The position numbers and the translations under genes were made by a program. The notes beneath the pieces are model-generated. The model was given only the letters and a program-made list of their open reading frames with translations. It did no database searches and was not told where the DNA came from. Of a stretch of 64,000 nucleotides of DNA, positions 29,551 through 40,122 are shown piece after piece; position 1 is the first letter of the stretch; each line of letters opens with the position of its first letter. The DNA comes from Thermoproteota archaeon (GTDB lineage: Archaea; Thermoproteota; Thermoprotei; Thermofilales; B9-G17), in NCBI GenBank assembly GCA_029258885.1, contig JAPDJW010000001.1, forward strand, positions 1-64,000, in the 5' to 3' direction.

Positions 29551-32500
29551 GTGATTCAGATGAAGTATAAGACTATCAGAGAGTTATTTACGATCATATT
29601 TATGGTCACTCTACTCGGAGTATATCCATATATAAATGTCAGAGCGAAAGTAACCCTTATTGTTAAAGGCTACGTGAAGGATCCCAACGGTAATCCGATC
29701 CAAGGTGCTCGTATTTTTCTGCATGACTATTCATTTATAACAGAGGAGTTTTTCATAAGATTACCTAATGGAAAATATTATGTTGAGACGAATGAAAATG
29801 GTTTCTTTGAGTTCTCGGTTGAAGATATATATGCAAGATATCAGGTATATGTAGCACATGTCTCCGCAGAGGGGGAACTTGACTATGTACCTGTAGTTCT
29901 TGACATCCATATGTATGAACATGTTTCTCTTGTTGAACTTAATGTAACATTATATCCCTCCGCGTCTGTAATAGTCAACGGATCTATTGTCTATATTGGT
30001 GGCAATTGGCGAGGGTACATTAAGTGTTCAGTATATGATACTGAGGGAAGACCTTATTCAGAGATATTGAATGCTGGTAATGCTATTATTACGTATGAAG
30101 GAGGAACATTAAATGTAAAGCCTAAACTAATATCAACCTATGACAATACGCTATGGAGAAACTTCGAAAAGGCTATTGAATACGAGATATTACCTAAAAA
30201 TGCCATTTTTGAAAGGCTGGTTCTGGTTCCAGCTAACTATGACTTTCTACTAGTAGTCTACACAAGAGTTGTGGATGTCAAAAGATACCCTAAGCCATAT
30301 GTTGTAGATATAACGATACCCATAGGGAACAGGGAGAGTCCATACAAACTTAGTACACAGAGCCCTCCATTAATCGTGGACATAACACCTTGGTCTATTA
30401 AAAATGCCATTAAGTTAGTCGAGTCAGATATAGCAGTAACTAGAAAAGAGCTTGATGAAATGGAAACCTATGGCTTTTTTATAGCACGTGAAAGGGAAGA
30501 ATTGAGCAGAGCGGAGGCCCTAGTAGAGGAAGCAAGCAATATTCCTGTAACAGGAGAGAACGTGGAATTAATCATTGATAAGCTGGAGAGGGCATACGTT
30601 ATAGCAAGAGAATACTTAGTACTCAGGATGAACTTTATGAGGACCGTGGCTATTGAAGGTGCGTCCCTATTACCAGTGTTTTTGTCAATATTTGCTGTTA
30701 CCTTAGCCTTCTACTTCTTCGAAGATAATAAGAGGAAAATGCTTTCATATCCTCTATTCTACCTAGGGCTTATACTGGTTTTCATACTTGTATACCCTGG
30801 TTTTCATTTAGTTGAAAGAACATTATTCTTAGAGTCGGTGATTGCTTCATTACTTGGAGTATTAGTTTTAATTTTCATACTGCCCAGGCATATTAAGGAA
30901 CCTGATATACCCGGGAAGATTCAAAGAAGAAGTTTAATAGCTATAACATTCTCAGTGGCAAAAAGGTATTCGAAAACTAGGAAGACTAGAACATTGATTA
31001 CAGTATTTTCATTAGCCGCCCTAATATGGGCCTTTACTGTCTTAGCATCTATTTCAACAGTCTACGGCATAAGGCTAGATGAGATACTTAAGAGCAGTAA
31101 GGCTGAGGGAATATTGATAAAGCATCTAAACGCAAGTACAGGGGAATACTTATGGCTCAGTTACTATTCGGATTACAGATGGTTCCTGCTTACAGGTAAG
31201 ATATCCAAGATTTCGCCGAGGATATACACGAGGCCTATAGACGTAGAGAAAGAGTGGTTTACGATAGAGAATAGTGAAGGAAGGAAGGTTAAGCTATATG
31301 CGCTACTAGGATTATCATCTAATGAGGAATACTTCAGTAAAATATCGACTTGCTTGATTTCTGGCGATTTCAATAAAATAAACGATACATACGCTATAAT
31401 CATTCCCTCAAGCATTTCAAGAAGCCTAGGGATAGGCGTAGGAGATACAGTTAAACTAGTTTTGAGTGGAGCCATACCAGTAAAATATGAATTAAAAGTA
31501 GTGGGTATACTCTCGGAGGATGCATTCGATGACCTGAAGGACATAGATGGTGAAAGTCTTAGACCATTAATAGAAATAGATAATGAACTTGTTCATGTAA
31601 ACTCAACTGACATGATCATATTAAACTGGAATTTCATGAGGCAGGAACTAGAAGGTATTTCTGAAATTGCTAGTATAGCTCTCTCAGTTAAGAGCGACGT
31701 AGATCCAATTTCTCTTGCACGGGAATATATAGAAAGAAAGGGTACAGGCTATATTGCATGGATAGCGTTAAAAGATAAATGTTTCAAAGCATATGTAGGA
31801 GAGTATACGGAAAACATTTTCGAGCAGAATATAGCTTTTATAGTCCCCATACTTATCGTCAGCGTCAACGTAATAGTAACTATGTACAGTATTGTTCACG
31901 AAAGGAGGAGGGAGATATTTATATTCAATGCAATAGGCTTTAACCCAACACAAATAGCCATGCTATTTCTTGCTGAATCTATAGTTTATGGGTTATTAGG
32001 AGGTGGAATAGGATACATATCAGGTTTAGCAACATTCAGAGTGATAGCATATCTATCTAAACATCCAATACCCATCCCTATGCTGATAGGTGGGCAACCG
32101 TTAATGGTTCGCCCAAAGCTGGAATGGTTCTGGAGCATTATTATGATAGCCATTGCTATAATGGTTTCAATGATCTCTTCATTTAAACCTGCTATTAATG
32201 CTGCTTTCATGTACTCACCTACCAAAGTTAAAAGGCTAAAGATAGAGGAGAAGGAGAGGGAGAAGCGTGAAGAGGTATACTTAAAGGCGTATACCGGAAA
32301 GAGAGTTGGTTTGCCCGGAAAGATAGGAGAGGCTGAAGCCATCTTATTCTTCTCATTCCTCTACACTAGGCTCAAAGATCTGACAACAGGCTACGTAGAG
32401 AGAGCTAAGGATATAGAGGAACTTGAAGAGGAGGAATACCCTGACGGAAGGAGAGTTAAGAGGTTCAAATTCAAGTACATATTTAGGACCGACGAAAGAG

Positions 32501-32688
32501 AGATAATGACTGACAATGAAATAATCATTACTAAGCTACCCCAGAATGATTACTATACCGTGGAATTGTCTACTAATCCGTTAGGTGGGGAGAGAATTCC
32601 CATCAAGTATATGGATAGGGTAGCATCTGTTATTAGGGATATAGTGAGGGACTGGGAGGAAGAGAGGAAGAGACTTGGAATCAGGTAG
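29551..32688 (+). CDS. Large FtsX/MacB-like permease with N-terminal extracellular Ig-like domain
   Basis: VKGYVKDPNGNPIQGA beta-sandwich start; ERRREI..AIGFNP..FLAES permease motif. Confidence 0.8.
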   Translation: MIQMKYKTIRELFTIIFMVTLLGVYPYINVRAKVTLIVKGYVKDPNGNPIQGARIFLHDYSFITEEFFIRLPNGKYYVETNENGFFEFSVEDIYARYQVYVAHVSAEGELDYVPVVLDIHMYEHVSLVELNVTLYPSASVIVNGSIVYIGGNWRGYIKCSVYDTEGRPYSEILNAGNAIITYEGGTLNVKPKLISTYDNTLWRNFEKAIEYEILPKNAIFERLVLVPANYDFLLVVYTRVVDVKRYPKPYVVDITIPIGNRESPYKLSTQSPPLIVDITPWSIKNAIKLVESDIAVTRKELDEMETYGFFIAREREELSRAEALVEEASNIPVTGENVELIIDKLERAYVIAREYLVLRMNFMRTVAIEGASLLPVFLSIFAVTLAFYFFEDNKRKMLSYPLFYLGLILVFILVYPGFHLVERTLFLESVIASLLGVLVLIFILPRHIKEPDIPGKIQRRSLIAITFSVAKRYSKTRKTRTLITVFSLAALIWAFTVLASISTVYGIRLDEILKSSKAEGILIKHLNASTGEYLWLSYYSDYRWFLLTGKISKISPRIYTRPIDVEKEWFTIENSEGRKVKLYALLGLSSNEEYFSKISTCLISGDFNKINDTYAIIIPSSISRSLGIGVGDTVKLVLSGAIPVKYELKVVGILSEDAFDDLKDIDGESLRPLIEIDNELVHVNSTDMIILNWNFMRQELEGISEIASIALSVKSDVDPISLAREYIERKGTGYIAWIALKDKCFKAYVGEYTENIFEQNIAFIVPILIVSVNVIVTMYSIVHERRREIFIFNAIGFNPTQIAMLFLAESIVYGLLGGGIGYISGLATFRVIAYLSKHPIPIPMLIGGQPLMVRPKLEWFWSIIMIAIAIMVSMISSFKPAINAAFMYSPTKVKRLKIEEKEREKREEVYLKAYTGKRVGLPGKIGEAEAILFFSFLYTRLKDLTTGYVERAKDIEELEEEEYPDGRRVKRFKFKYIFRTDEREIMTDNEIIITKLPQNDYYTVELSTNPLGGERIPIKYMDRVASVIRDIVRDWEEERKRLGIR

Positions 32689-32693
32689 AGTTC

Positions 32694-33284
32694 ATGGCAG
32701 GCACAATTTTCATAACTGGAACGCCAGGCGTTGGCAAGACAACTGTCGCAAAACTATTGTCAAAGAAGCTATCTTGTCCCTATTTTTCGATTGCTGAGTT
32801 AGCTAAAAAATATAATGTATTAATTGGCTATGATAAGGAACGGAAGAGCTATGAAGTAGATATTAATAAACTAAGACGCGTTATTCAAGAGGTCTTAGCG
32901 AATTCTTTGGCGGGGTGTAATATTGTAATTGAGGGACATATCGTTGAAGCAGTACCGCTCGAGTACATAGACAAGGTGGTGGTTTTAAGGCTACATCCGC
33001 TTGTATTAGAGAGAAGGCTTATGGAGAGGGGATACCCAGAAGCTAAGATAAAGGAGAATGTTTTAGCAGAAATACTGGATGTTTTATTAGTTGAGGCGGT
33101 AGAAAAATTTGGGATTGATAAGGTCTTTGAAATAAACACTACGAATAAAAATCCTGAAGAAGTCGTGGAGGAAATTCTAAAAATAGTAGAAGGCAGGGAG
33201 GTAGAAGGGTATAAGCCTGGAAACACTGACTGGATAAAGGCATTAAAAGAAGAGGGGGTTCTGGAGAAATACCTGCTTAGGTGA
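32694..33284 (+). CDS. AK6/Fap7-type adenylate kinase
   Basis: ITGTPGVGKTT, IEGH, LR.HP..L.RRL..RGY...KI.EN. Confidence 0.9.
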   Translation: MAGTIFITGTPGVGKTTVAKLLSKKLSCPYFSIAELAKKYNVLIGYDKERKSYEVDINKLRRVIQEVLANSLAGCNIVIEGHIVEAVPLEYIDKVVVLRLHPLVLERRLMERGYPEAKIKENVLAEILDVLLVEAVEKFGIDKVFEINTTNKNPEEVVEEILKIVEGREVEGYKPGNTDWIKALKEEGVLEKYLLR

Positions 33285-33288
33285 TAGC

Positions 33289-33810
33289 TTGTTAGCTGCG
33301 TGTTTTGACATAGATGGGGTACTGATAGATAATACTATCAGGTTGAAAAAATGTCTAGAGATTGTTGGAGTAAAAGCTATAGAGGAGTTATCCGGCGAAA
33401 GCAAGAGTTTATTCTGGAAGCTTTTCCTAAGCGAAAGGTTTCTCTCCCTAGATAGACCTAGGCCATTAGGTATTTCTTATGTTTATAGAGCGGTTAATAA
33501 GGGCTACAAAGTGGTAATTGTTACAGGTAGGCCTGAGAGGCTGAGAGAAGCTACAATTAATCAGCTTAATGAGTTCAGGATATCGTTTGATGAGATATAC
33601 TTTAGGAGAGATAATGACTTTAGAAAGGATTTTGTCGTAAAGCCAGAGATAATAAGGATGCTAACCTATAAGTATGATTTTAAGGAGTTTCATGACGATG
33701 AAGAAGAAATACTTAGGCGTATAGCCCACTTCATTAAGAATGCGGAGTTTTATCATCATAAACCAAATAAAGTAGTACTCTTAAACAATCTACTGCAGTG
33801 GAGTGAGTAG
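33289..33810 (+). CDS. HAD-family phosphatase (PNKP-phosphatase-like)
   Basis: FDIDGVL, TGR, K, HDD motifs. Confidence 0.8.
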   Translation: MLAACFDIDGVLIDNTIRLKKCLEIVGVKAIEELSGESKSLFWKLFLSERFLSLDRPRPLGISYVYRAVNKGYKVVIVTGRPERLREATINQLNEFRISFDEIYFRRDNDFRKDFVVKPEIIRMLTYKYDFKEFHDDEEEILRRIAHFIKNAEFYHHKPNKVVLLNNLLQWSE

Positions 33811-33812
33811 CC

Positions 33813-34595
33813 ATGAAGGAGAGCCGCTTACTGGCGGTATGTATACTATCCATAATAACTGCAGCTTGCTTAATAGCGAGCTTTACCCATAGACCAAAGT
33901 TCGTTTTTGAGAAATTTTGCGGAGAAATAATATATGATGCGAGCATACCTGATAATTATGTTGCATTAGCTGCGATTCCTGGAAATATATCCGATATTAA
34001 GTTTGAGACAATAGAGCGTTTTACTTCGAGAATAGTTTTCTACGATGAAACTCCAGTAATTATCGTAGGCTTCCCCTTTATTTACGAAGAAACGTTTTTC
34101 CTAAAAACTGAAATCGGAATGAATACAACGTATCTCCTAAAAATTAAGGTGGATTACGAGGCGGGTAAAAAAGGCATTATAGTACTCAATAGGTTCAATG
34201 CTGATATTGTTTTGATACTAATTGAGGAGCATGAAAATGAGTTACACGTAAGGTCCCTAGGATCTATTAGAAATGCCAGTAAGTGCATTGATATCTTCGG
34301 ATATATCCTTAGTCGTAATAGAACGGTACCCCATCAAACAATACAGCTACATATGCTTCGTAATGATACAAATAACCCTATTAATATTACACAAATAAAA
34401 ATACCTCCAGATAATGAAACTGCGATAAATATCTATAGATCGTCTAGCAACGGATTTTATAGAATTAGGCTTTATGTTCCCGAATACCCGAAGGAAGCTA
34501 TCTTTTTAATTTTTGTGGATGATAATCCTTGTGGCTTCTTAATACTTCCTAATACTCCGACTAAAAGAAGGGTTGATTTAATCATAGGGGGATAG
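33813..34595 (+). CDS. Hypothetical exported protein
   Basis: Signal-peptide-like N-terminus. Confidence 0.7.
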   Translation: MKESRLLAVCILSIITAACLIASFTHRPKFVFEKFCGEIIYDASIPDNYVALAAIPGNISDIKFETIERFTSRIVFYDETPVIIVGFPFIYEETFFLKTEIGMNTTYLLKIKVDYEAGKKGIIVLNRFNADIVLILIEEHENELHVRSLGSIRNASKCIDIFGYILSRNRTVPHQTIQLHMLRNDTNNPINITQIKIPPDNETAINIYRSSSNGFYRIRLYVPEYPKEAIFLIFVDDNPCGFLILPNTPTKRRVDLIIGG

Positions 34596-34597
34596 GT

Positions 34598-36100
34598 ATG
34601 TTATCGGAAAATACCAAATTAAAATATTTCTTCGAGCCATCTGTAGTGGCGGTAGTTGGTGCATCAAGAAACCCGTCAAAGCCGGGACATGTAATTTTAA
34701 GCAATTTTCTCGAGAACAAGAAGCGAGGATTATTTAAAGGCAAAGTTTATCCTATAAATCCTAATGCAGATGAAATACTTGGAGTAAAATGTTATTCTTC
34801 ATTATTAGACTTGCCCGAAAAGCCCAACCTATGTATTATAGTTGTACCAGCCGCAGTTGTACCTAAGGTCCTAGAGGATGCTGGGAAAATAGATTGTCCA
34901 GCTGCAGTAATAATAAGTGCTGGGTTTAGCGAGGTTGGAAACAAGGAACTTGAAAATAAGGTATTAGATATAGCGAAGAAATATGGTATTAGAATAATTG
35001 GCCCTAATTGCCTTGGCATACTCAACATGTATACGGGAGTAGACACACTCTTTTTACCTCCTAATAAGCCTATAGAGCCGGGAGTAGAAGTCGAGGCAGC
35101 ACCAAGGCCCCCGCAAGGTTTTGTTTCTTTTCTAACGCAAAGCGGAGCATTCGGCGTTTCTTCGCTTGACTATTTCTCAGGCGAGGGCATAGGAATAAGA
35201 ATATTCGTTAGCTACGGAAACCGTATCGACGTAGATGACGCTGACTTACTAGCCTACCTAGCGGATGACGAAAAGACGCGTGCCATTATGCTATATATTG
35301 AAAGCCTGAAAAATGGACGAAAATTTATGGAAATAGCTAGTCAAGTAACTCTTAAAAAGCCTATAGTTGCATTTAAGGCTGGTAGAACCAGAGCTGGGGC
35401 AAAAGCGGCTTTATCGCATACCGCTTCGTTAGCTGGTCGAGATGAAATATACGATGCTGCGTTTAAGCAGTGTGGAGTAATTAGGGCATATACTATGAAT
35501 GAATTTTTCATAATAGGCAAAGCACTAGTTTCACAACCACCAGCAAAAGGACCTAATGTTGCAATAGTGACGGATGGTGGCGGAGCAGGAGTTATGGCAG
35601 CTGATGCCTGTGAATTACGTGGGTTAAAAGTAGGGGAATTAGGTAAGGACACGAAAGAATTATTTGAAAAATACAAGGATGAAGGAGTTTTTCCGAAGTT
35701 TGCTGTTACTAATAATCCGATAGACTTAACGGGGTCGGCTACGACGGATATGTACATTAAAGCTATTGAAGCTGTCTTAAAAGACCCTCTTGTGGATAGC
35801 GTAATAGTACTAGCCTTACACCATGTTCCAGGTATACAATATCTAAAATCCTTCGTCCATGAGATAGCTGACGTTGTAAGGAAAGTCAATAAGGATAAAA
35901 AGCCCGTGGTAGTGGCGGATATAGGTAGTTCCGAAGGTGCCAGATACATAAGGGAGGAGTTTGATAAAAACTATATCCCATCATACTCTTCTCCTGAGGA
36001 TGCTGCGGTCGCTATAGCGGCTCTAACGAGGTATGGCGAGTATTTAGCCAAGAAAGGAGTTTTCGAAAAACACTTATCAGAATGGAAACCCATTTACTAG
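34598..36100 (+). CDS. ADP-forming acyl-CoA synthetase alpha subunit (ACD)
   Basis: VAVVGAS, GPNCLG, QSGA, AALSHTASLAG, NPIDLTG. Confidence 0.93.
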   Translation: MLSENTKLKYFFEPSVVAVVGASRNPSKPGHVILSNFLENKKRGLFKGKVYPINPNADEILGVKCYSSLLDLPEKPNLCIIVVPAAVVPKVLEDAGKIDCPAAVIISAGFSEVGNKELENKVLDIAKKYGIRIIGPNCLGILNMYTGVDTLFLPPNKPIEPGVEVEAAPRPPQGFVSFLTQSGAFGVSSLDYFSGEGIGIRIFVSYGNRIDVDDADLLAYLADDEKTRAIMLYIESLKNGRKFMEIASQVTLKKPIVAFKAGRTRAGAKAALSHTASLAGRDEIYDAAFKQCGVIRAYTMNEFFIIGKALVSQPPAKGPNVAIVTDGGGAGVMAADACELRGLKVGELGKDTKELFEKYKDEGVFPKFAVTNNPIDLTGSATTDMYIKAIEAVLKDPLVDSVIVLALHHVPGIQYLKSFVHEIADVVRKVNKDKKPVVVADIGSSEGARYIREEFDKNYIPSYSSPEDAAVAIAALTRYGEYLAKKGVFEKHLSEWKPIY

Positions 36101-36106
36101 ATAGAC

Positions 36107-36565
36107 ATGTATATTCAAAGAATTGAATATATATTCGGCATAGAAAAGGAAGTTTTTTATATAATAATTTTCGAGCTTACAGTTCTTTTCCTCATGATAT
36201 TATGGATAAAGACGCGAAGCCTAAGATTAAAGAGAAAAGTTATGAAGTTAATTCAGGAGGCTGAGGTACTTAAAATTCGGCGAAGACCTATGTCTTATGG
36301 GGATAGATTCATCCTATCCTTCTCTTCATCTAGTATAGCTATTATGTACGGGGTGGCGATGATCATCTCTGTGGTGTCGATTTTCATAACAATTATGGCC
36401 TTTCAACCATACGATCCCATATTGCTGGGGTTCAGTTTTTTAATGTATTCGGTAGGTATAATAATAATGTTTCTTTCATGGAGAAAATCTAAGTACTATA
36501 TAAACCGCGAAATAGAGCGACTTGAAAGAGATATTAGAAGATATAAGGCTGATTATAAAAGATAG
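36107..36565 (+). CDS. Hypothetical membrane protein (3 TM)
   Basis: Hydrophobic segments in ORF. Confidence 0.65.
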   Translation: MYIQRIEYIFGIEKEVFYIIIFELTVLFLMILWIKTRSLRLKRKVMKLIQEAEVLKIRRRPMSYGDRFILSFSSSSIAIMYGVAMIISVVSIFITIMAFQPYDPILLGFSFLMYSVGIIIMFLSWRKSKYYINREIERLERDIRRYKADYKR

Positions 36566-36609
36566 ATATTTTAATCTATTTCCTACTAACTAGATTAGCC
36601 CTAAACAAC

Positions 36610-36620
36610 GGGGACATATC
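36610..36620 (+). repeat. 11-bp direct repeat copy 1 (GGGGACATATC)
   Basis: Identical to 40083-40093. Confidence 0.8.
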
Positions 36621-36652
36621 GATAAACCAGGACTTTTAGATTAGGGATTAAA

Positions 36653-39600
36653 ATGAACATTAACTTATGTCTACGTGAAAAACGTAGACCATACCTATAT
36701 TTCTTAGCTATATCGCTTCTTGCGGGCTTTATAATTCTACTATATACTTCCTATACTATTAAGCCGAAAGACACGTACTTCTATATCGGCTGCAAAGTCT
36801 ATTACGACAATTACTTAAGTGTATATGACACTGCTTCTCCCAAGCGTATCGAATCTAATCACTTTATAATTGAATACTATACTGAGGGTAGAAGTGCTTG
36901 TTCCGACGACTATGCGGAGAAAGTTCTTCGATATTTCGAAATAGCGTGGCACAAGTACTTTATAGACTACGGATTCAACTTACCGGAATCACGTGAAGGC
37001 GACAAGATACTAATTAAAGTAGAGAAAATGTATCCAAGCTATGGAGCTACTCATGTTACAACCGATGGAAGCGGAAAATGGTATGTAAACTACATAGCAA
37101 TCGATAATAGTTTAAACGATGAAAAAATTATGGAAACCGCAGCTCATGAGTTATTTCACTGTATTCAAGCAGCGTATGATAGCTATGAAGGAGACACCGA
37201 AAATTACTGGATCATAGAGGGAATGGCCGTAGGAGCGGAGGACGCCATATTTCCTGACAATAACCTCTACATAAGATACATAAATCGTTGGATGAATACT
37301 CCCGATAAATCATTAGTAACTAGGTCGTATGATGCGGCTATCCTTTGGAGATACTTTTGGGAATTTCATGGTGTTGAAAAAATAAAAATTATTCTTAAAA
37401 TGCTTTCTATAGAGGATGGAATAAACGCTTTAATTAAGGCCTTTGGAGGCTACGAGAAATTTAGAAGTGTATACGCAGAGTTTATAAAAACTACATACTT
37501 CAAAGATGTATATAGCGACGGTAAGCTTTTCGCGAAACCATATATAAGTAAAACCATAGATCTTTCGCTCACGGATAGTGCTAACATTTCTGACTTAGTC
37601 AAATATTATGGAATTGATTACTATAGAATTCTACTTAACAATAATAGTGTATACATATGCTTTAATGGCTCATCTTCGTCTGACTTTCTACTAGTTCTTT
37701 TATATCCTGTTAATAAACATATAGTAATAGAGCTAAAAAATTATTCTTTCGGGACATATTTGTTTAAAAACCCTGGGAATATTTCAGAAATAGCGTTGGC
37801 AGTAACTAGAACCAGCGAAGATGGAAGTGGGTACTACGAGCTAAGTATTACGACCCTGGAGAGGGTCTATCGTATAAAGATGATACCTGAGCTTAAAAAA
37901 ATCGTGGCGAATCCCGGGGATAAAATTACTATAGATCTGATACTCGTTAACGACGGAGAAGTGGCTCAAGAGTTTTCATTGAATTTCTCATCGAAACTAT
38001 GTGATATAAAGCTAATAAATAATAATGGTCAATTAATAGGATCCGACGAAAGTATTATTCTAAATCCAGGAGAGAGTAAATCCTTGAAGATACAGATTTT
38101 CACACCTACAACTCCCGGTATTCGGGAGACTATAGGGATAGATGCTTATAGCAAAGGTTTTCTTGTAGGGTCTACGGAAATAGCTATAGTAACTACGGGG
38201 CTAAAGGTGAGGGCGTATCCTCATCCTGGATTGGCCTCAATTATGAATGTCACACATGTTTATGTGCAGTTATTATATTATCATAATCATACACCAATAG
38301 CTCATGGTATGGTAATAGAGGAAATAACAGGTCTCATAGCTTATACCAATGAAAGTGGATGGGCTATTTTTAATCTAACAGAGAATAAGGTCGGTAAAGT
38401 AGTATACAAGTTCTACGGTATTTCAGACAAAAATCACGTTATAAACTACAGCATAAATGTGGAGTATATAACCATAGATTGGACGTACCTTAAGGTGGAT
38501 AAAGTACTATGTGATAGATATGTTGTAAATGTATCTCAACCAGTAATGATTCAGGTTAGGGTTGTATATGCTCATAACGGTAAGCCTGTATCAGGAGGCA
38601 TCGTTAAAGTTCCAGAGTTAGGTATAATTTCAAGTATTAATTCCAGTGGATGGGCTACAATTATAGCTACGTCAAACGTGCCGAGAACATATATTATAGT
38701 AAAGCCCTTAAGGGATTTACTAGGATACGTAACCTACGGTGAAAAAATACGGGTTAATGTTTCCTGGACAGGAATAGTTCTTCATGTGAATGTATTGCCT
38801 TCACATATCGTTAATGTCGGTGATTATGTTAAAGTTGAAGTTTCGGCCGTATGGGCACATAATATGTCTCTCGCTGGTAAATGTAAGCTATACCTAATAA
38901 ATGGGAGCAATATTGAAGAAGTGGAAACAGATGAAAGAGGAGTGTACAGTATAAGGCTTAAAAAGGACGTAACAAGTGTTCTTAACATTACGTTTAAGAT
39001 TGCTGACCAGAAATATAGACTCCTAGGTAATACATCAGCTAGTGTAACAATCATATGGACAGGCATAATTGTAGAGTACATAAACGTCTCCCGAAAAATC
39101 GTAAACGTGGGTACACCGGTAGATATATATGTTAAAATAAAATATGCACATAACAGCGAGCCCTGCGGAAAGGCAGAGATAGTATTAAACACGGGGGCAA
39201 AAGGCTATACTGATGAAAATGGAATAGCATGCATAAGGGTGTCGAAGGCTGTAGCGAAAACCTATACTATTAATGTATCTCATGTGCTTTCACCAGATGG
39301 TATAACCCACATTATGGCTAACCAGCAAGCTGAGATAACATGGACTTACTTATTGGTGGATAAAGCAATTATATTTCCAAATGTAACTGTACTTCATAGT
39401 CCGGTCAATGTAAGGTTGAGAATAGTTTATGCGCATAATTCGAGCCCGGCGAGAGGGGTGACGCTAAGCATATATGGTTTTAATATTTCAACAGACGGTG
39501 ATGGATGGATAAATACTACATTACATTTTGATAAAGTTGACGTATATACCATAAAGCTAGAAGTAATCGAAGCACCAAGCAATATTCAGAGAATAGTCTA

Positions 39601-40081
39601 TCCTCTTCTTAGGGTTGTAGTCTGCAGTGAAGTTACCTATAATCTATGGTCACAAATGAATAATATAAAAGCTAATGGATGTAATGTCAGTCAATTTATG
39701 CGGGCCTGGAATAAGATTATAGAGCTGATGGATAAAGGAAAAGTCGATGAGGCTGAAAATATCTCGAGACAACTGTATAATGAAATAGAGAGAGCCGAAA
39801 GATCCATGGCCCTACTCAATAAGGCAAAGAATGTCATTAGTAAAGCTAAGGGGAGTGGAATACTATTGTTTATCTGGGAAGCGGAAATGAAGCTTCATGA
39901 GGCAATAAACGCTTTTAAGAGAGGGGACTATAATGAGGCAGCAGAATTAGCTAGTGAAAGCATTAAAAGAGCATATAAGGCGGCTGCTTGGTCTACTGCA
40001 TTTACGGCAGTATTTTTAGCAGCTGCGATCCTATTAGTAACCAGCGAATTAATTAAACACTATTCCGAGCCGGAATGGTAA
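36653..40081 (+). CDS. Cell-surface zinc metallopeptidase-like protein with five Ig-like repeats and C-terminal TM anchor
   Basis: N-terminal TM/signal, AAHELFH (HExxH) plus downstream EG, repeated YAHN motif, C-terminal hydrophobic helix. Confidence 0.8.
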   Translation: MNINLCLREKRRPYLYFLAISLLAGFIILLYTSYTIKPKDTYFYIGCKVYYDNYLSVYDTASPKRIESNHFIIEYYTEGRSACSDDYAEKVLRYFEIAWHKYFIDYGFNLPESREGDKILIKVEKMYPSYGATHVTTDGSGKWYVNYIAIDNSLNDEKIMETAAHELFHCIQAAYDSYEGDTENYWIIEGMAVGAEDAIFPDNNLYIRYINRWMNTPDKSLVTRSYDAAILWRYFWEFHGVEKIKIILKMLSIEDGINALIKAFGGYEKFRSVYAEFIKTTYFKDVYSDGKLFAKPYISKTIDLSLTDSANISDLVKYYGIDYYRILLNNNSVYICFNGSSSSDFLLVLLYPVNKHIVIELKNYSFGTYLFKNPGNISEIALAVTRTSEDGSGYYELSITTLERVYRIKMIPELKKIVANPGDKITIDLILVNDGEVAQEFSLNFSSKLCDIKLINNNGQLIGSDESIILNPGESKSLKIQIFTPTTPGIRETIGIDAYSKGFLVGSTEIAIVTTGLKVRAYPHPGLASIMNVTHVYVQLLYYHNHTPIAHGMVIEEITGLIAYTNESGWAIFNLTENKVGKVVYKFYGISDKNHVINYSINVEYITIDWTYLKVDKVLCDRYVVNVSQPVMIQVRVVYAHNGKPVSGGIVKVPELGIISSINSSGWATIIATSNVPRTYIIVKPLRDLLGYVTYGEKIRVNVSWTGIVLHVNVLPSHIVNVGDYVKVEVSAVWAHNMSLAGKCKLYLINGSNIEEVETDERGVYSIRLKKDVTSVLNITFKIADQKYRLLGNTSASVTIIWTGIIVEYINVSRKIVNVGTPVDIYVKIKYAHNSEPCGKAEIVLNTGAKGYTDENGIACIRVSKAVAKTYTINVSHVLSPDGITHIMANQQAEITWTYLLVDKAIIFPNVTVLHSPVNVRLRIVYAHNSSPARGVTLSIYGFNISTDGDGWINTTLHFDKVDVYTIKLEVIEAPSNIQRIVYPLLRVVVCSEVTYNLWSQMNNIKANGCNVSQFMRAWNKIIELMDKGKVDEAENISRQLYNEIERAERSMALLNKAKNVISKAKGSGILLFIWEAEMKLHEAINAFKRGDYNEAAELASESIKRAYKAAAWSTAFTAVFLAAAILLVTSELIKHYSEPEW

Positions 40082-40082
40082 G

Positions 40083-40093
40083 GGGGACATATC
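40083..40093 (+). repeat. 11-bp direct repeat copy 2 (GGGGACATATC)
   Basis: Identical to 36610-36620. Confidence 0.8.
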
Positions 40094-40122
40094 ATGTTTA
40101 TATTTCGTAATTTTATGAAAAT

